64,000 nucleotides of DNA from Batkoa obscura (lineage: Eukaryota), in the NCBI GenBank assembly GCA_030770535.1, contig JASVEC010000023.1, positions 1 to 64,000 of the forward strand, in the 5' to 3' direction. Each line of letters starts with the position of its first letter. Position 1 is the stretch's first letter. Under the pieces are notes generated by a model. That model did not search any database, was not told the DNA's origin, and saw only the letters and a list, made by a program, of their open reading frames with translations. This document shows positions 23,201-36,428 of this stretch, in pieces. The position numbers and the translations under genes are program-made.

Positions 23201-23470
23201 AATAACACCTTTTAGTTTTTAATATTAAAATTATATTAAACTTTATTTTGTTTTTGATTCATTATAATATATAATAATAATCAATATCAATAACATTGAA
23301 TAATCAATTTAATTTTTAAAATTCTATTTTTTCATAGTTTACTAAGTTTGCTTAAATTTACAATTTAATCCTAGATTTAATTTTGCCAATAAAATCCAGC
23401 TGCATGAATTTTTAGAACTTAACTAAATTTAACTAAAACTACATAAAAAAGAATTTCCTTTTTTAATAAA

Positions 23471-24957
23471 ATGGGACGCCCAAAAGGATCAAAGAATAAG
23501 ACGAGTAAAAAAGCAGCTACTGAAGCCAATAAGGCACTTGAAGCACAATCAAGCGGTTTGACAGATGATCAAGTACAACTTACCCCAAAGCCTAAAACTA
23601 AAAAAAGTACACCTCAAAAAGAGAAAGTAAGTAGTGATCTAAACGACAACAAATTGGTGGCTGAAAACGAAGTGAATAAAGAAGAGAGCAAAGAAGTTCT
23701 AGAAGAAGGCTTAAAACTCATTATTGAAGAAGAAAAAGCAGTAAAAAAAACACCAACCAAGAAAACTACAAAAAGTAAAGTAAAAGCGGATAATAAAAAA
23801 GAAGCAAGTGACTTGAAAGAAAATGGAAAAGAGGAAAGTAAATTGAAAGAAGATGTGAAAGAAGAACAACCTAAGAAAATAGAGGGGAAAAAGAGAAAGT
23901 AAATGAAAAAGAAGAAAAAACTCCAACCTCCCATGGCAAAAAAAGGGCAGCCAAAAAAGAAGTCAAACCAAGCTCAGGGATATTTGATGATGACCAGATA
24001 GAAGACAGTGAAGAGGAAGAAAAAGCTAAGCCTGTAGGAAATAAAGTTAATGAAAGATTATCAAAACTAGATCAACTACGTAAAAGGATGGTAATAATTA
24101 ATAAAAATTTAAATTTAGTAAGATTAATTAGTTTAAATAGAAAGAGTCATCTGAAGCCAATCGCAAAGAAGTGTTTGCTGAGTTTCAACGCTCAAAAGCA
24201 AATCCTAAATTAGATTCTAAGATTGAAAGACAACGTTTAGAAGCTGAAAGGTTACAAGCAAGGATGGTAAGTTTTTTGAATCATCAAATTAATTAATAGT
24301 TAATTCTTTATAATAGGAAGCACAAGATAAAGGGGAAGATTATGAAAGATCAAGATATTGGGAGTATTCAGCAGAACAAGTAGAAAAATGGGAACAAAAA
24401 GAAAGAGAAAAAGAGGAAAGATCGGAGGTTGGATTTACAGGTATACCGGATTTAAATATGCTATAAAAATGGTTTTTTATTTTTTATTTTTTGTTTATTA
24501 GATCATATGCAAGCAGCAGAAAGAAGATATAAAAGATTGGTTAATAAAATTAAGCCTAACATGGCAGCTTATAATCTACAAAAAGATCAAACTTTGCCTA
24601 TGACCGATATTCAACATCTTGGACAAGTTGCTATCAGCTCTGCTTTAACTAAAGACAATAAATCCGTTCAATACCTTCCCATTCATCCTAAACCTAGTAG
24701 CGATGCGGTTGAACGTTTGGCCACACATGTTAAGGATGAGTATACTTTTATTTTAAACTTTATATTACTTTATTTAACTAACAATTTTTAGAATTGCTAA
24801 ACGTGGTAAATTCTCTAAAATCCGTCCTGTTAAAGAAGATGAAGATGTCACTTACATCAATGATCGTAATGCTCACTTCAATCGTAAAATTTCGCGTGCA
24901 TATGATAAATATACCAAGGAAATTAAAGAGAACTTTGAGCGTGGAACTGCACTTTGA
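23471..24957 (+). CDS. SYF2: Pre-mRNA splicing factor SYF2 with long Lys/Glu-rich N-terminus
   Basis: GEDYERSRYWEYSAEQVEKWE, DVTYINDRNAHFNRKISRAYDKYTKEIKENFERGTAL; frame break near 23890. Confidence 0.92.
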
Positions 24958-25457
24958 ATTCTACTGTTTTTATAATATATCCCGTGGAAGTATATAAGCG
25001 AATGTAATTTTGCTTTAACCTATTTTTAATTAACTTCTTAGATCGGAATTGTTTGATGAGCAGTGTACTTACTCTTAAAGTTTAGAATAAATTTACTTTT
25101 TTATATTAATTGCTTTAAAGCTTTTTATTATAACTAAATTTATAAGTAGATTAGTATTATCATCCAACTTTATTGATAGATTAAAATATCTGTTATCGAA
25201 AAGCGACACGATTTTATCCGATTTTTATAAAATAACTAAAGGATCTCTTACAAGTTTGAATTATAAAGTGAATTACAAAAAGGAAAGATTATTAAATTAA
25301 ATGAGTAAAATGATATTACATGATTTTTTTAATAGTAAAATTTAGTTGGATGTTTAATCTTCTAATAAGAACTACTTCTAATTAATTTAAACTCTTATCT
25401 ATTTTTAATTAAAACACAAATAATAACTCAGTTTGATCAGTTCAATCCTAAGTGAAT

Positions 25458-27277
25458 TTATTGTTGTTGACAATTCATACCACCAAAGCCTCCTTCTTCT
25501 TCTTCTTCTTCATCTTGCAACTGTCTATACCTTTCCCCTTCAGCAATATTGCTGCCAAATTCTTTTTTACAGCCTTCCAATTCAACTGTTTCTAAAGTTC
25601 CATCTTGTTTCATGTTATCAATCTTATCACTTTTACTATCCGGTAATAAAGACGACAATACCTATAATAGAATAATAAGTTAATTTATAACAGATTGTTT
25701 ATCAAGATACTTACTTTTAAATTGATATCTTTGAGCTCATCAGCAGTTGGAAATTGGATATCAAACTTAACAAACAAGTCACCTTTATCATAAGGCCTTT
25801 TAAACTGTGGCATACCCTCTCCTTTAACCACTAAAGTATGTTCTAAAAGTAGAATTTAATCATTTAAAAGCTTTCCCTTAATATACTAATACTACCTTTA
25901 ATTAATACCTGGCCTGGATTAGCATGAATTTGGATCTTTCTACCATCTAAATGTTGGAAAAAACATGATTTGAATCCACATAAAGCATCCTTTAAAGCAA
26001 TTTTTACATTTGTCATCAAATCACTACCCTCACGAGTAAATACGTTATGGTGCTGCAATGCTAACTCAATAATCAAATCGCCAGGTTCCTTTCCAGGCTA
26101 AAACTAGGATTATAAAATTCAATAAAAATCAAATTAAAACTTACAATTTGATCTGCTTCCTCTTTAAATACAATTTTTTGCCGATCTACCATCCCTTTTT
26201 CAACATATACTTCCATAAGCTTTTTAATTGTCATACTACGTTTTCCTTTACACTTTTTACATTTGTCTTTGATTTTATATTGTTTACCAGTTCCATCACC
26301 TTAATGATTAAAGTTAAAATTAATCCTATTATCAAAACAATCCTATTAACTAAGCAAAAAAAAAACTTACAAGATTCACAACTGACTTGTACTTGTTGCA
26401 TCATACCATTGCTAAGTTGTTTTAATTTGATTTTTATTCCAGAACCTTCACATCCTTGACATGTAGTACTTGTACTTGATTTACCTCCTTTTCTAATAAT
26501 TCATATAAGCAAATAAATAACTAATAAAAAATGAACAATTACCCGTGACATAAAGAACACTCCACCGATTTTTCAAGTTGAAACTTGGCTTCACGACCAT
26601 TATAAAGGTCTTTCAAGGTAACATTAAATGGAAATATCACTTTTGGACTTTTCCGCTTGCCTCCTTTTGAAGGACCTATGGAAAATGAGAAGTTGAAAAT
26701 GAAATTAACAATATGATATGTTACTTACCCTGTTCAAATCCACCAAAACCAAAGTTAAACATGTTAGCAAATTGTGGGTCAAAACCTCCAGATTCTGCAA
26801 AGTTATTGCCTTCAAAACCGTATTGATCGTAATTGGCTCTGTATTTTTTTTAAACATTAATATAAATATAAATAAAAAAACTAAAAAGTAATAAAAGATT
26901 TTACCTTAATTCTGGGTCGCTTAAAACCTCATAAGCAGCACTTGATTTCAAATTAGATAAAATTAAACAACTTGAACTTATTTGATCCATACCTTATCTC
27001 CTTGAACTATAAATTAATTTAACAATAAGCTAATATACAAAGATCAAATATAATACCAACCTCTTCTTCAAATCCTGTTACCTTATCAGGATGATATTGC
27101 TTTGCCTAATAAATTGTCAATTTGAATTTAAATCTAAGTTGCTGCTTATTACTAGGTTTCTATAGGCCTAGAGTTATTAGTCGAGTTTAGATTATTTACT
27201 TCAATACGAGTTACTTTTTTAATCTCTATATCAGTTGCGCTGCGCGTTATCTCTAATACTTCATAATAATCTCTCAT
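25458..27277 (-). CDS. Type I Hsp40/DnaJ co-chaperone (Ydj1/Xdj1-like), many small exons
   Basis: MRDYYEVL, YHPDK, AYEVLSDP..R..YDQYG, G/F region, four CxxCxGxG repeats, GEGMP, CaaX-like CQQQ end. Confidence 0.93.
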
Positions 27278-27802
27278 CCTTGAAGTTTTTTTAACTTTAT
27301 TTTCGAAAAAAGTGATATTTAGAGCTTATCTATTTTTAGTAATTATAAACTCGAGTATTGATAAATTTAATTATATGTTCAAAACATTATTATAGAAAGT
27401 ACTATTTATCAAGATATATTAATTAAATTTTTTAACTATAAAGATAGAAATATAAAAATGAAGTAGCGGTAAAGGTTTAGCTGCCAAAAATGAAGCCGCA
27501 GAATATACCTTCAAATATTTAAAAATATAAAGTTGATTGGCATCTAACAAACAAGTTCATATAAAAGATAAAAAGTAAAAGGCACACAAACGATAAATAT
27601 TTTTTATATTCATTTTGATAAAAAATGATGAAGAAAATAACTATAATAACTGGATTTCAGTTTGAAGTATATATCAATAAACAAAATATCTATTAGTTTA
27701 CTCCATAAATAATAAAAAAGATCGAATAAATACCTAATTATATAATTAAAGTCATTAGTAATGTTTATTAAATTCCAATTTAACTAAAAATAATATTTTA
27801 TT

Positions 27803-27902
27803 TGGGGCTGTATTTTTGTATTCAAGGGCTTTACTAACAATTTTTCCACTCAAATAGCGCTTAAAGGATGGAAAAGCAATGAAGTCAAAAAAAACATCCC
27901 CA
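27803..27902 (+). mobile_element. 100-bp MITE family copy
   Basis: Near-consensus, TSD tt/tt. Confidence 0.92.
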
Positions 27903-28382
27903 TTCTGTTATATAAACTCTTAGGTCTATTTAAATTTAATATTTTATGATATCACAAATTAAGCTTGAATCATAAATACTAAATAAATTTAATAAAGTAC
28001 TTTTATTTAAGAATTATTTTAATAATAATAAAGTGGAGTAAAATTTTCAAAGCTATTGAAATTGGTACTAGCACAGAAATCAACTTTCCTAATAGACAAC
28101 ACAATGTTAATAGAATTATTAGCTGACCTGATACTACTAGAAGCAACACTAACAGTATTATCAATAACAATATTTAATTATAAAATAAAAAAATTATCAT
28201 AACTACCTACTAAACTAATATTTTTATTTTGTAATTTTAAACAAATAATCAAAGAAGCTATTGTTAGTTTTAATAAATATTTTAATGCTTAAAACACTTT
28301 CATTATTTATTTAATATTAAAATAAGTTAATTTTTTTAAAATCATATATAAGCATATTTAGTAAAAGTTTTATTTGATTATA

Positions 28383-28477
28383 TGGGGGTGTTTTGACTTC
28401 ATTACTTTTTCCATTTTTTAAGCGCTATTTGAGTGGAAAATTTGTTGGTAAAATTCAAACACAAAAATACATGCTCA
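28383..28477 (-). mobile_element. 100-bp MITE family copy
   Basis: aagcgctatttgagtggaaaa core, TSD ta/ta. Confidence 0.9.
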
Positions 28478-29330
28478 TATAGTTATTTTTTAAAGGCTAA
28501 TTAATTTTAAGATAAATTTAGTAAAGTTTTCATCTTAAATGAACAGTTAGTTAAGTCTTAATAGAGTTGTAACAGCTATAACTGAAATTTAATAGCTATA
28601 AAAATGAGGTTGAACCAATTAATCTTAATAAAAAAGGAGGAAATTCACCTAATAAAGTTAGTAGTGGTTAGAAAAAAGTAGTAATTCCAAAGTGGGGAAG
28701 GACAAAAGGGTGGGAAAATGAGAAAAAATCAAGAAAAAAAACAAAATAAGGAAAATAGTGTTAGCTTGTGTGGATTACTTATATACGAGTTCGTTGAATT
28801 TTTTATAAATTAAATGGCACGTTTTGTTCCTATGCCTTGTCATTGGTGGATGATTTTTTTAATGCTATTTTGAGAAGATTTCAAGCCAGTGTAGAATATA
28901 TACTAAATTTCAATTGATATTGAAGTAGAAAATAAAGCTAGAATTTAAGTTGAATTTTAAAGTTAGTTTTAAAAGAATCGAAACTTTTTAAAAAAAAACT
29001 AATTGGCAAAAGTAATGAATTGCAACAGTAAACAAAATTCAATGTAAAATGATGCTTGATTTTAGAGAAAAAAAATTCAAAACTTCAAAAAAATTCGACA
29101 ACTATTGTAGCCAATTAGTTTCTTTTTAAACTAGTTAAAAATCTTCAATTATTTAGAAATTCCCTTTTATAAAAGCATACAAGAAAAAAGAATTAAAATT
29201 TTATCAGGTGATAAAAAATGGGGGGATAATGAATAAATTAAAAAGATCAATGATAATTAGTATAAAAAGGATAATAAAAATCAAAAGTAAACAAAGTTTT
29301 GAATTTTAAAGTTTAGATTAGAAATTAGAA

Positions 29331-30233
29331 ATGTTATTTTATTTTATATTTTTATTTCATTTAATTACTTGTAATAATAAGAATCATACTAATAAGCAAC
29401 CTAACAAGAATCCGATAATAATTAAAGATGAAGTAACTATATTACATACTAATGATATTCATTCACACTATGATGAAACAAATTTGTATGGAATGGACTG
29501 TAATGATTCACAACGGCTTTTAGGAGAATGTTATGGAGGAATAGCACGTATGAATACAATAATAAAACAAGTCAAAAAAGAAGAAAACAAAAAAAATAAT
29601 ACAGTATTATTAATGGATGGTGGAGATCAATTTCAAGGTACTTTATTTTTTAATTATTATAAAGGTAAAGCTACAAGTGAAATTATGAATTATTTAAATT
29701 ATGATTTAATGACTATTGGTAATCATGAGTTTGATTATGGACCTAATCATTTAGCTGATATTATATCTACTTTTAATTTCCCAGTTATTTGTGCTAATAT
29801 TCAAATTGATGAAGGACCATTAAAAGAAGTTATTCAACCATATTATATAATTGAAGAATTAAATCTAGCTGTTATTGGCTATATTTCTGATACAACTGAT
29901 AAGATATCTCCTGTGGGTGAAACTATTTCATTTTTAAATGCAATTAATACAGTACAAAACATTATTGATTATTTAAATCAAGAAAAAGGAATTACTCGAT
30001 TTATAGGATTATCTCATTATGGTTATGATCAAGATCAAATATTGGCTAAAAATATACGAGGTTTATCTTTAATTGTTGGCGGTCATTCACATACTTATTT
30101 AGGACAAAAAAGAAAAGGAGTTTACAGTAGAGGGAATTACCCTACAAAAATAACTAACAAAGATAATCAAATCACATACATTGTACAAGCTTATTGCTGG
30201 TTAAGATTTTTAGGTAAATTAAAGTTAAAATTC

Positions 30234-30273
<40 letters not shown>

Positions 30274-31016
30274 TTGAATATTTAAAAGAATTAAATCATG
30301 AATTAATTGAATTAAATAATACAATTGAAAAAGATATAGATACTCAACAATTAGTTAATAATTTAAGATTACCATTTGATAAAGAAACAAATATAATTAT
30401 TGGTAACGCTAAAGAAGATTTTAATATTGGACATTGTCAATTTCAAGAATGTGGTATGGGGAATTTAATAACAGATGCTATGATTAATCAACTTCAAGAT
30501 AACGATTTAGCTATTATTAATTCAGGTGGTATAAGAGCTTATTTTTCTAAAGGAAATATAACAATTCAAAATATATTAACTGTATTGCCATTTAAAAATC
30601 AAATAGTTTCTACTAAAGTAAAAGGACAATTTATTTATGATTTAATTGTTAATAGTATAACTAAAATTAATATTCAAAATCAATTACCAGTTACTTCTTT
30701 CATTCAAGTAGCTAATTTAAAATTACAAATTCAAAATCAAAAATTAATCAATTTAAAGATATTTAATAAGACAACTCAGGATTATAATAATATCAATTTC
30801 AATCAAGATTATAAATTATTAAGTTTAGATTTTATATTAGATGGTGGCGATAATATAATACCACATAAAATCAACTATACTAATGTTATTGAAGCTGATA
30901 AATTATTATTAAATTATATTAAAAAATTACAAATTATTAGTCCCATTTTAGATCAACGTATATTGAATAGTAACAGTAATAGTATTAGGTTTTCAAGACA
31001 AAGTTCATTTAAGTAA
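29331..31016 (+). CDS. Secreted 5'-nucleotidase/apyrase (metallophosphoesterase plus 5'-NT C-terminal domain)
   Basis: HTNDIHSH, GGIAR, DGGDQFQGT, GNHEFD, GGHSH, GNLITDAM and NSGGIR motifs; signal peptide; intronless. Confidence 0.95.
30234..30272 (+). repeat. (AAT)13 coding microsatellite giving poly-Asn
   Basis: Perfect AAT run in frame within the 5'-nucleotidase. Confidence 0.95.
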
Positions 31017-31310
31017 ATCCCCTCCTTCCTTTTCTTTCTTGTATATTCATTAATAAACCCTTATTTTTATTTTATTTTATTTTATTATACTATTTTAACT
31101 TTTTTAAAACTATTTAAAATCTACTATCATTATTAAAACTCAACTTTGAAATTTATAACCACTTCAAAAAAAGAGGCAAATTGAAACTTCAAAATGAAAA
31201 TATGAAACAAAAGTTGAAACTAAAGATTTTAAAAATATAAAAACTCAAAAAAACTCAAAAATGTAAATAATTTATATAAAAAAAATTATACCCACTTTAC
31301 TAATTAATTA

Positions 31311-32654
31311 ATGCTGCTATTCACTCTTTTATATACTTATTTAATAAATTATTACTTATGTCATAATACCCATTATAACCATCGAAAGTTACGAACATTA
31401 AGTCCCAATAATACGATTGATAAAATCCCTTTAGGCAAACTCCCACGCACTGTCGTATATTGGGGCCAAAATTCATATGGGGCCAGTCATCCCAATGCCC
31501 CTACTGAATGGGAAAAAAGTTTAGGAGAATATTGTGACGATGTTAGTATTGATATGATCATTATATCTTTCCTTTATAATTTTAATATTCACAATGATCA
31601 AGCGTTACCAGAATTAAATTTAAGTTATCATTGTAATACTACCTTTGTTGAACATCCAAGTTTACTAAAATGTCCAAATATAGAGAAAGATATTATATAT
31701 TGTCAATCAAAAAATAAACGAATCTTATTATCTTTAGGTGGAGCAAGTGGTACTTATGGCTTTACTAATTTAAATCAAATTAGTACATTTACAAAAACGA
31801 TATGGGATTCTTATTTAGGAGGAAATGGTAAATATCGACCTTTTGGGAGTGCCATATTAGATGGAATTGATTTAGATATTGAAGGAGGTAGTGATTTAGG
31901 GTATGCTGAATTAGTTCATTCTTTTAGAGAATATTATGTACGTTCAACAAATAAAAGATACATCATTGCAGCAGCCCCACAATGTGTATTTCCTGATGCC
32001 TTTCTAGGTAAAGCTTTTATGCAAGCTCATTTTGATTATATATTTATTCAATTTTATAATAATTATTGTGGAGTGAATAATATGAATCAATTTAATTATG
32101 ATCAATGGCATCAATGGGCAATTAAGAATTCAATTAATCCAAATGTGAAGTTGTATTTGGGAGTTCCAGGATCTGTGAATGCAGCTAACCAAGGCTATTT
32201 AAACCCAGTCAGTTTAATTGAGATATTAGACAAATTAAAAAAATACACTTCTTTTGCAGGAGTCATGATTTGGGATGCATCTCAATCGGATAAAAAAATT
32301 GGGAATGAATTATCCTTTATTAATGTAATTGCTAATCATTTAAAAAATAAGATCTTTTTGAATGATAAGTATGATAACAATAATAACAATACTTACAATA
32401 ATAATGTTATTACACTTAATGAAATGGCTACGGAAACTCAATATAAAAATCAAGCATTAAGTCATTATTTTATCTTAGAAGATCTTGTTAGTAAAATAGA
32501 ATTGGAAAACAATTGTATATCGGATACATTAGCCTGTACTGATACTGGTTATTTAATTTGCCGAACGGGAAATTGGATCTTACAAGAATGTCCTGAAGAT
32601 ATGAAATGTTCACCAAAATATTTAAAATTAGGTTATTTTTGTCATCCAAAATAA
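31311..32654 (+). CDS. GH18 class III (Cts1/hevamine-like) endochitinase with Cys-rich C-terminal CBM19-like module
   Basis: VYWGQN, LSLGGA, LDGIDLDIE (DxxDxDxE), AAPQC.FPD, QFYNN, GVMIWD; C-terminal LAC...ICRTG.W...CP..M.C. Confidence 0.95.
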   Translation: MLLFTLLYTYLINYYLCHNTHYNHRKLRTLSPNNTIDKIPLGKLPRTVVYWGQNSYGASHPNAPTEWEKSLGEYCDDVSIDMIIISFLYNFNIHNDQALPELNLSYHCNTTFVEHPSLLKCPNIEKDIIYCQSKNKRILLSLGGASGTYGFTNLNQISTFTKTIWDSYLGGNGKYRPFGSAILDGIDLDIEGGSDLGYAELVHSFREYYVRSTNKRYIIAAAPQCVFPDAFLGKAFMQAHFDYIFIQFYNNYCGVNNMNQFNYDQWHQWAIKNSINPNVKLYLGVPGSVNAANQGYLNPVSLIEILDKLKKYTSFAGVMIWDASQSDKKIGNELSFINVIANHLKNKIFLNDKYDNNNNNTYNNNVITLNEMATETQYKNQALSHYFILEDLVSKIELENNCISDTLACTDTGYLICRTGNWILQECPEDMKCSPKYLKLGYFCHPK

Positions 32655-32737
32655 AGTTCATTTTAAGGACTATTTTTAAATAAAAATTAATAAACGTTAA
32701 AAACTCATAATAAAAACTAATACAAAAAGGAATATGA

Positions 32738-32740
32738 TAT

Positions 32741-32799
<59 letters not shown>
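32738..32799. repeat. (TTTA)n microsatellite between convergent genes
   Basis: Uninterrupted ttta repeat. Confidence 0.95.
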
Positions 32800-32801
32800 G
32801 T

Positions 32802-35209
32802 TTATTCTACTCCCATAGGTTTCAAAATAGGGTAAGTATCACTACCATAATACTTTTTATTATTTTTCTTGCCCTTCTTATCTCCATCAATATCAAAATT
32901 ATTGCCATCTTTCAACTTATCCTTACTAATCCCACCACTAGGTTCTAAAATTGGAGTAGCAGATTTAGTTGCGGTAGCTTGAGTAATTGGATTATAACGA
33001 TTATTTTGAGTACTGGTCTGAACATCGGTCCCAATAGTTGGAGTGGCTTTTGGAATAGTACCAGATACAGAGGTACTAATGGTTTTTTCACTTCCAGAAG
33101 TTTGAGATGAAGTATTCTTCTTGATACCAGTTTCTATATTGGTTTCAATATTAGTGGAAGGTGTAGGAGTAACGAGAGAGTTACAAGTAGCACATATACT
33201 TTCTTCACCACTAGTTGTTTGAGTTTGAGTATTCTTTTTAATACTAGTTTCAACCTTAGTTTCAATACCAGTGGTAGGTGTTGGAGTCACCATAGAAGTT
33301 GGAACATTAATGCTTTCTTCACTACCTTTTGATTGGGTTTGAGTATTCTTTTTAATACTGGTCTCAACATCAGTTTCAACAACCGTTGTAGGTTTTGGAA
33401 TATAATTAGTAGTACCAGTACCAATAGTCTGTTCGCCACCAGTTGTTTGAGACTGAGAGTTCTTTTTAATACTGGTTTCGACGTTAGTTTCAACGAGGGT
33501 AGTAGGTGTAGGAGTAATTAAAGAACCACAAGTAATACATATACTTTCTTCACCACTAGTTGTTTGAGTTTGAGAATTTTTTTTATGCTTGTTTCAACAT
33601 TGGTTTCTACAATGGTAGTAGGTGTAGGTGTAATTAAAGAAGTAACAATACCACCAGTTTGACTACCGGTTGTTGATTGAACCTGAGAATTTGTTTTAAC
33701 ACTAGTCTCAACATTAGTCTCAACAACAGTGGTTGGTTTAGGAGTAACTGAAGAGTTACAACTAGTACATATAGTTTCCTCCCCACTGCTACTTTGAGAT
33801 TGAGAATTTTTCTTAATACTAGTTTCAACACTAGTTTCAATTTCAGTAGTGGGTGTTTTACTCGCTGTAACGGTTACAGTTACAGTACCACCATGGGTTT
33901 GATTTTCAGTATTCTTCTTAACACTTGTTTCAACATTCGTCTCAATTCCTGTCTTTGGAGTTTGAGTCACTGTAACTGTAACCGTAGCTAATGTTTGACT
34001 GGTGGCTGATCCATTTTCTTTATTATTATTTTTGCTAGCATCATTGGAGTTATTGCTGCTGTCGTTGGAATTGTTACTTTTGCTGGTGTTAGAGTTACTG
34101 TTGCTATTGGAGTTACTGTTATTATTACTATTACTATTACTGTTACTATTACTACTGTTATTAGTATTGTTATTAGTATTATTATTAGTATTATTATTAG
34201 TATTATTATTACTATCATTACTACTATTATTGTTAATATTACTATTAGTATTACTATTAGTATTACTATTATTGTTAGTATTAGTATTACTATTATTGTT
34301 AGTATTAGTATTACTATTGTTGTTAGTATTACTATTACTATTATTGTTAGTATTACTATTATTAACATTATTATTATTGTCAGTAACTACTGTATTAATA
34401 ACACCGTTATTATTGGTAGTTGTAGTAGTGACACCATTAACAGTATTGCTGTTAGTGCTAATATTATTATTGACACCATTATTGTTATTACTAATGGTAT
34501 TACTACTACTATTAGTAATACCATTATTAGTGATGTTATTGGTATTAGTATTAGTATTGCTATTGTTAACGTTATTATTACTAGCATTATTATTGTTGAG
34601 GTTATTGCTATTATTAACAGTATTACTATTGTTAACATTATTAACATTATTATTGGTCATATTATTAACCATATTTTGGAAATCATTATTTGATTGAGCA
34701 TTATTAACATTATTAGTGTTGGCATTGTTAACATTGTTAACATTGTTAACATTGTTCATATTGTTCATGTTCATATTATTCATGTTCATATTATTCATGT
34801 TCATATTATTCATGTCCATGTTATTCATATTATTAGCATTATTGACATTGTTATTACTGCTACTAGTATTGGCATTATTATTATTAGTGTTACTATTGCT
34901 ATTATTAGTATTGTAGTTATTAGTAGAAGAGTTGTCATTATGAGTATCGGAATGCTTTTGGTTTGAGGAGTGAACATCTGTGGAAATATTTGATGTACCA
35001 GTTTTGGCTTTTTTACCACCTAAAAGACCACCTAATAAATCAGTAATTAAAGACAAGGTTCTTCTTTCAATTGGATGAGATGAATATGGAGTTGAATCAA
35101 TCAATGGAGGAGTATCCAGTACTTGTAAGCCAGCTTTCTCCTTGGATATTTCCAACGCTAGGTTGGAATTTAATAATAAAGTTATGGCGGATAAGGTAGA
35201 GAAACGCAT
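32802..35209 (-). CDS. Secreted Asn-rich then Thr-rich repeat (mucin/flocculin-like) protein; the two track ORFs are one gene with a frame break
   Basis: Signal peptide; poly-N/NNMNM region; repeated PTPTTxVETNVETSIKKNSQ units run across both ORFs; +1 A at 33577-33584 gives one open frame to 32802. Confidence 0.85.
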
Positions 35210-36428
35210 TTTATTTATTATTAAAAAAAGTATTTAATTTTCCAGAATTAAATTAAAAATATTAAGTTTTTTAAATATTATGTTAAGTAATTACTAGCGA
35301 TTTTACTTAATTTTTATACTTTTTCAAACTTTATTAATATCCATTTTTTAATGGCTCTTGTTAACCGCTCAATTTTAATGACACTAACTTGAACATGGGT
35401 CCAATTTAAATATTTAATATCTAGATCACTTATTTTTTAGTATTTATTAGTTATTTTTCCTCTATTTTATTTAAATTTAATTATTATATTATAAATATTA
35501 AGATAATCTATTAAACAATTCTAGAATAGATTCAATTAATTATTATATCTATAGATATTAATTTAGTTTACGGCTTGATTAATTAGTAAATTGTATTTAA
35601 ATTCATTAAATTCTAAGAATTTCTCGCATTTTGATAATACTAGAAATACCTCTCATCTTATTTTTATTAACGTAATTATTATATTGAAACATAACAAAAG
35701 GTTTATTTAAAATAAATTTTTACAGCTTTAATTTAATAATTTTAAACTTCAAATGTTATTATATTTAAATTTTGAATTTGGGAATTCTAAATTTAGTCAG
35801 ATTAAAATTAAAATTAATAAAAAGTTGATTTTTTATTAAACTTACTGAAATTAATAGCAAAATTTGTAAGTACTTCAAATTAACTTGTTATTAATTTTCA
35901 TAAATAGTTGCTGGCTTTTATTTGCTAAAATTCCTGGAAGCCTATTAATTACGATATCATTTTTACAAGAAAAACAAAAATATATTTATATGTCATATAT
36001 CGTTGCAATCTTATATTCCTAACTATTTAAATTTGCCCAAAAAATAGGGAATTTTTTGAGTTGAACAATTTTAAAATTCAATAACTCTTAAAATTTAAAT
36101 TTTGACAAAACTAAGGAAATTAAACGTCTTACTAAACATGAATTTGAAGTATATAATAATAGTAAGTTATCAAATATATAATCCAAAAGCATTTAGAAAT
36201 GTCATAATAAAACTGACTCAATTCTCTCATTTTCTATTTCTTTATTAATTAACTTTTACATCCCTTTTCACTAAAAAAGATTCCAATTCCTCAACTTTTT
36301 TTTGCAAATATTAAAACTCGAATTTTTCGAAAACTTTAATCAAAAAATCAATTTCAACTTTCACTCAAATTTTCATTTTACTTTTGTTTTACTTCAACCA
36401 ACCGAAATAGAAAGGAAATAGAGATAAA

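Noticed and set aside
34002..34697. 231-aa poly-Leu/Val ORF and other overlapping ORFs
   Set aside because: Antisense or alternate-frame shadows of the Asn-rich repeat gene.
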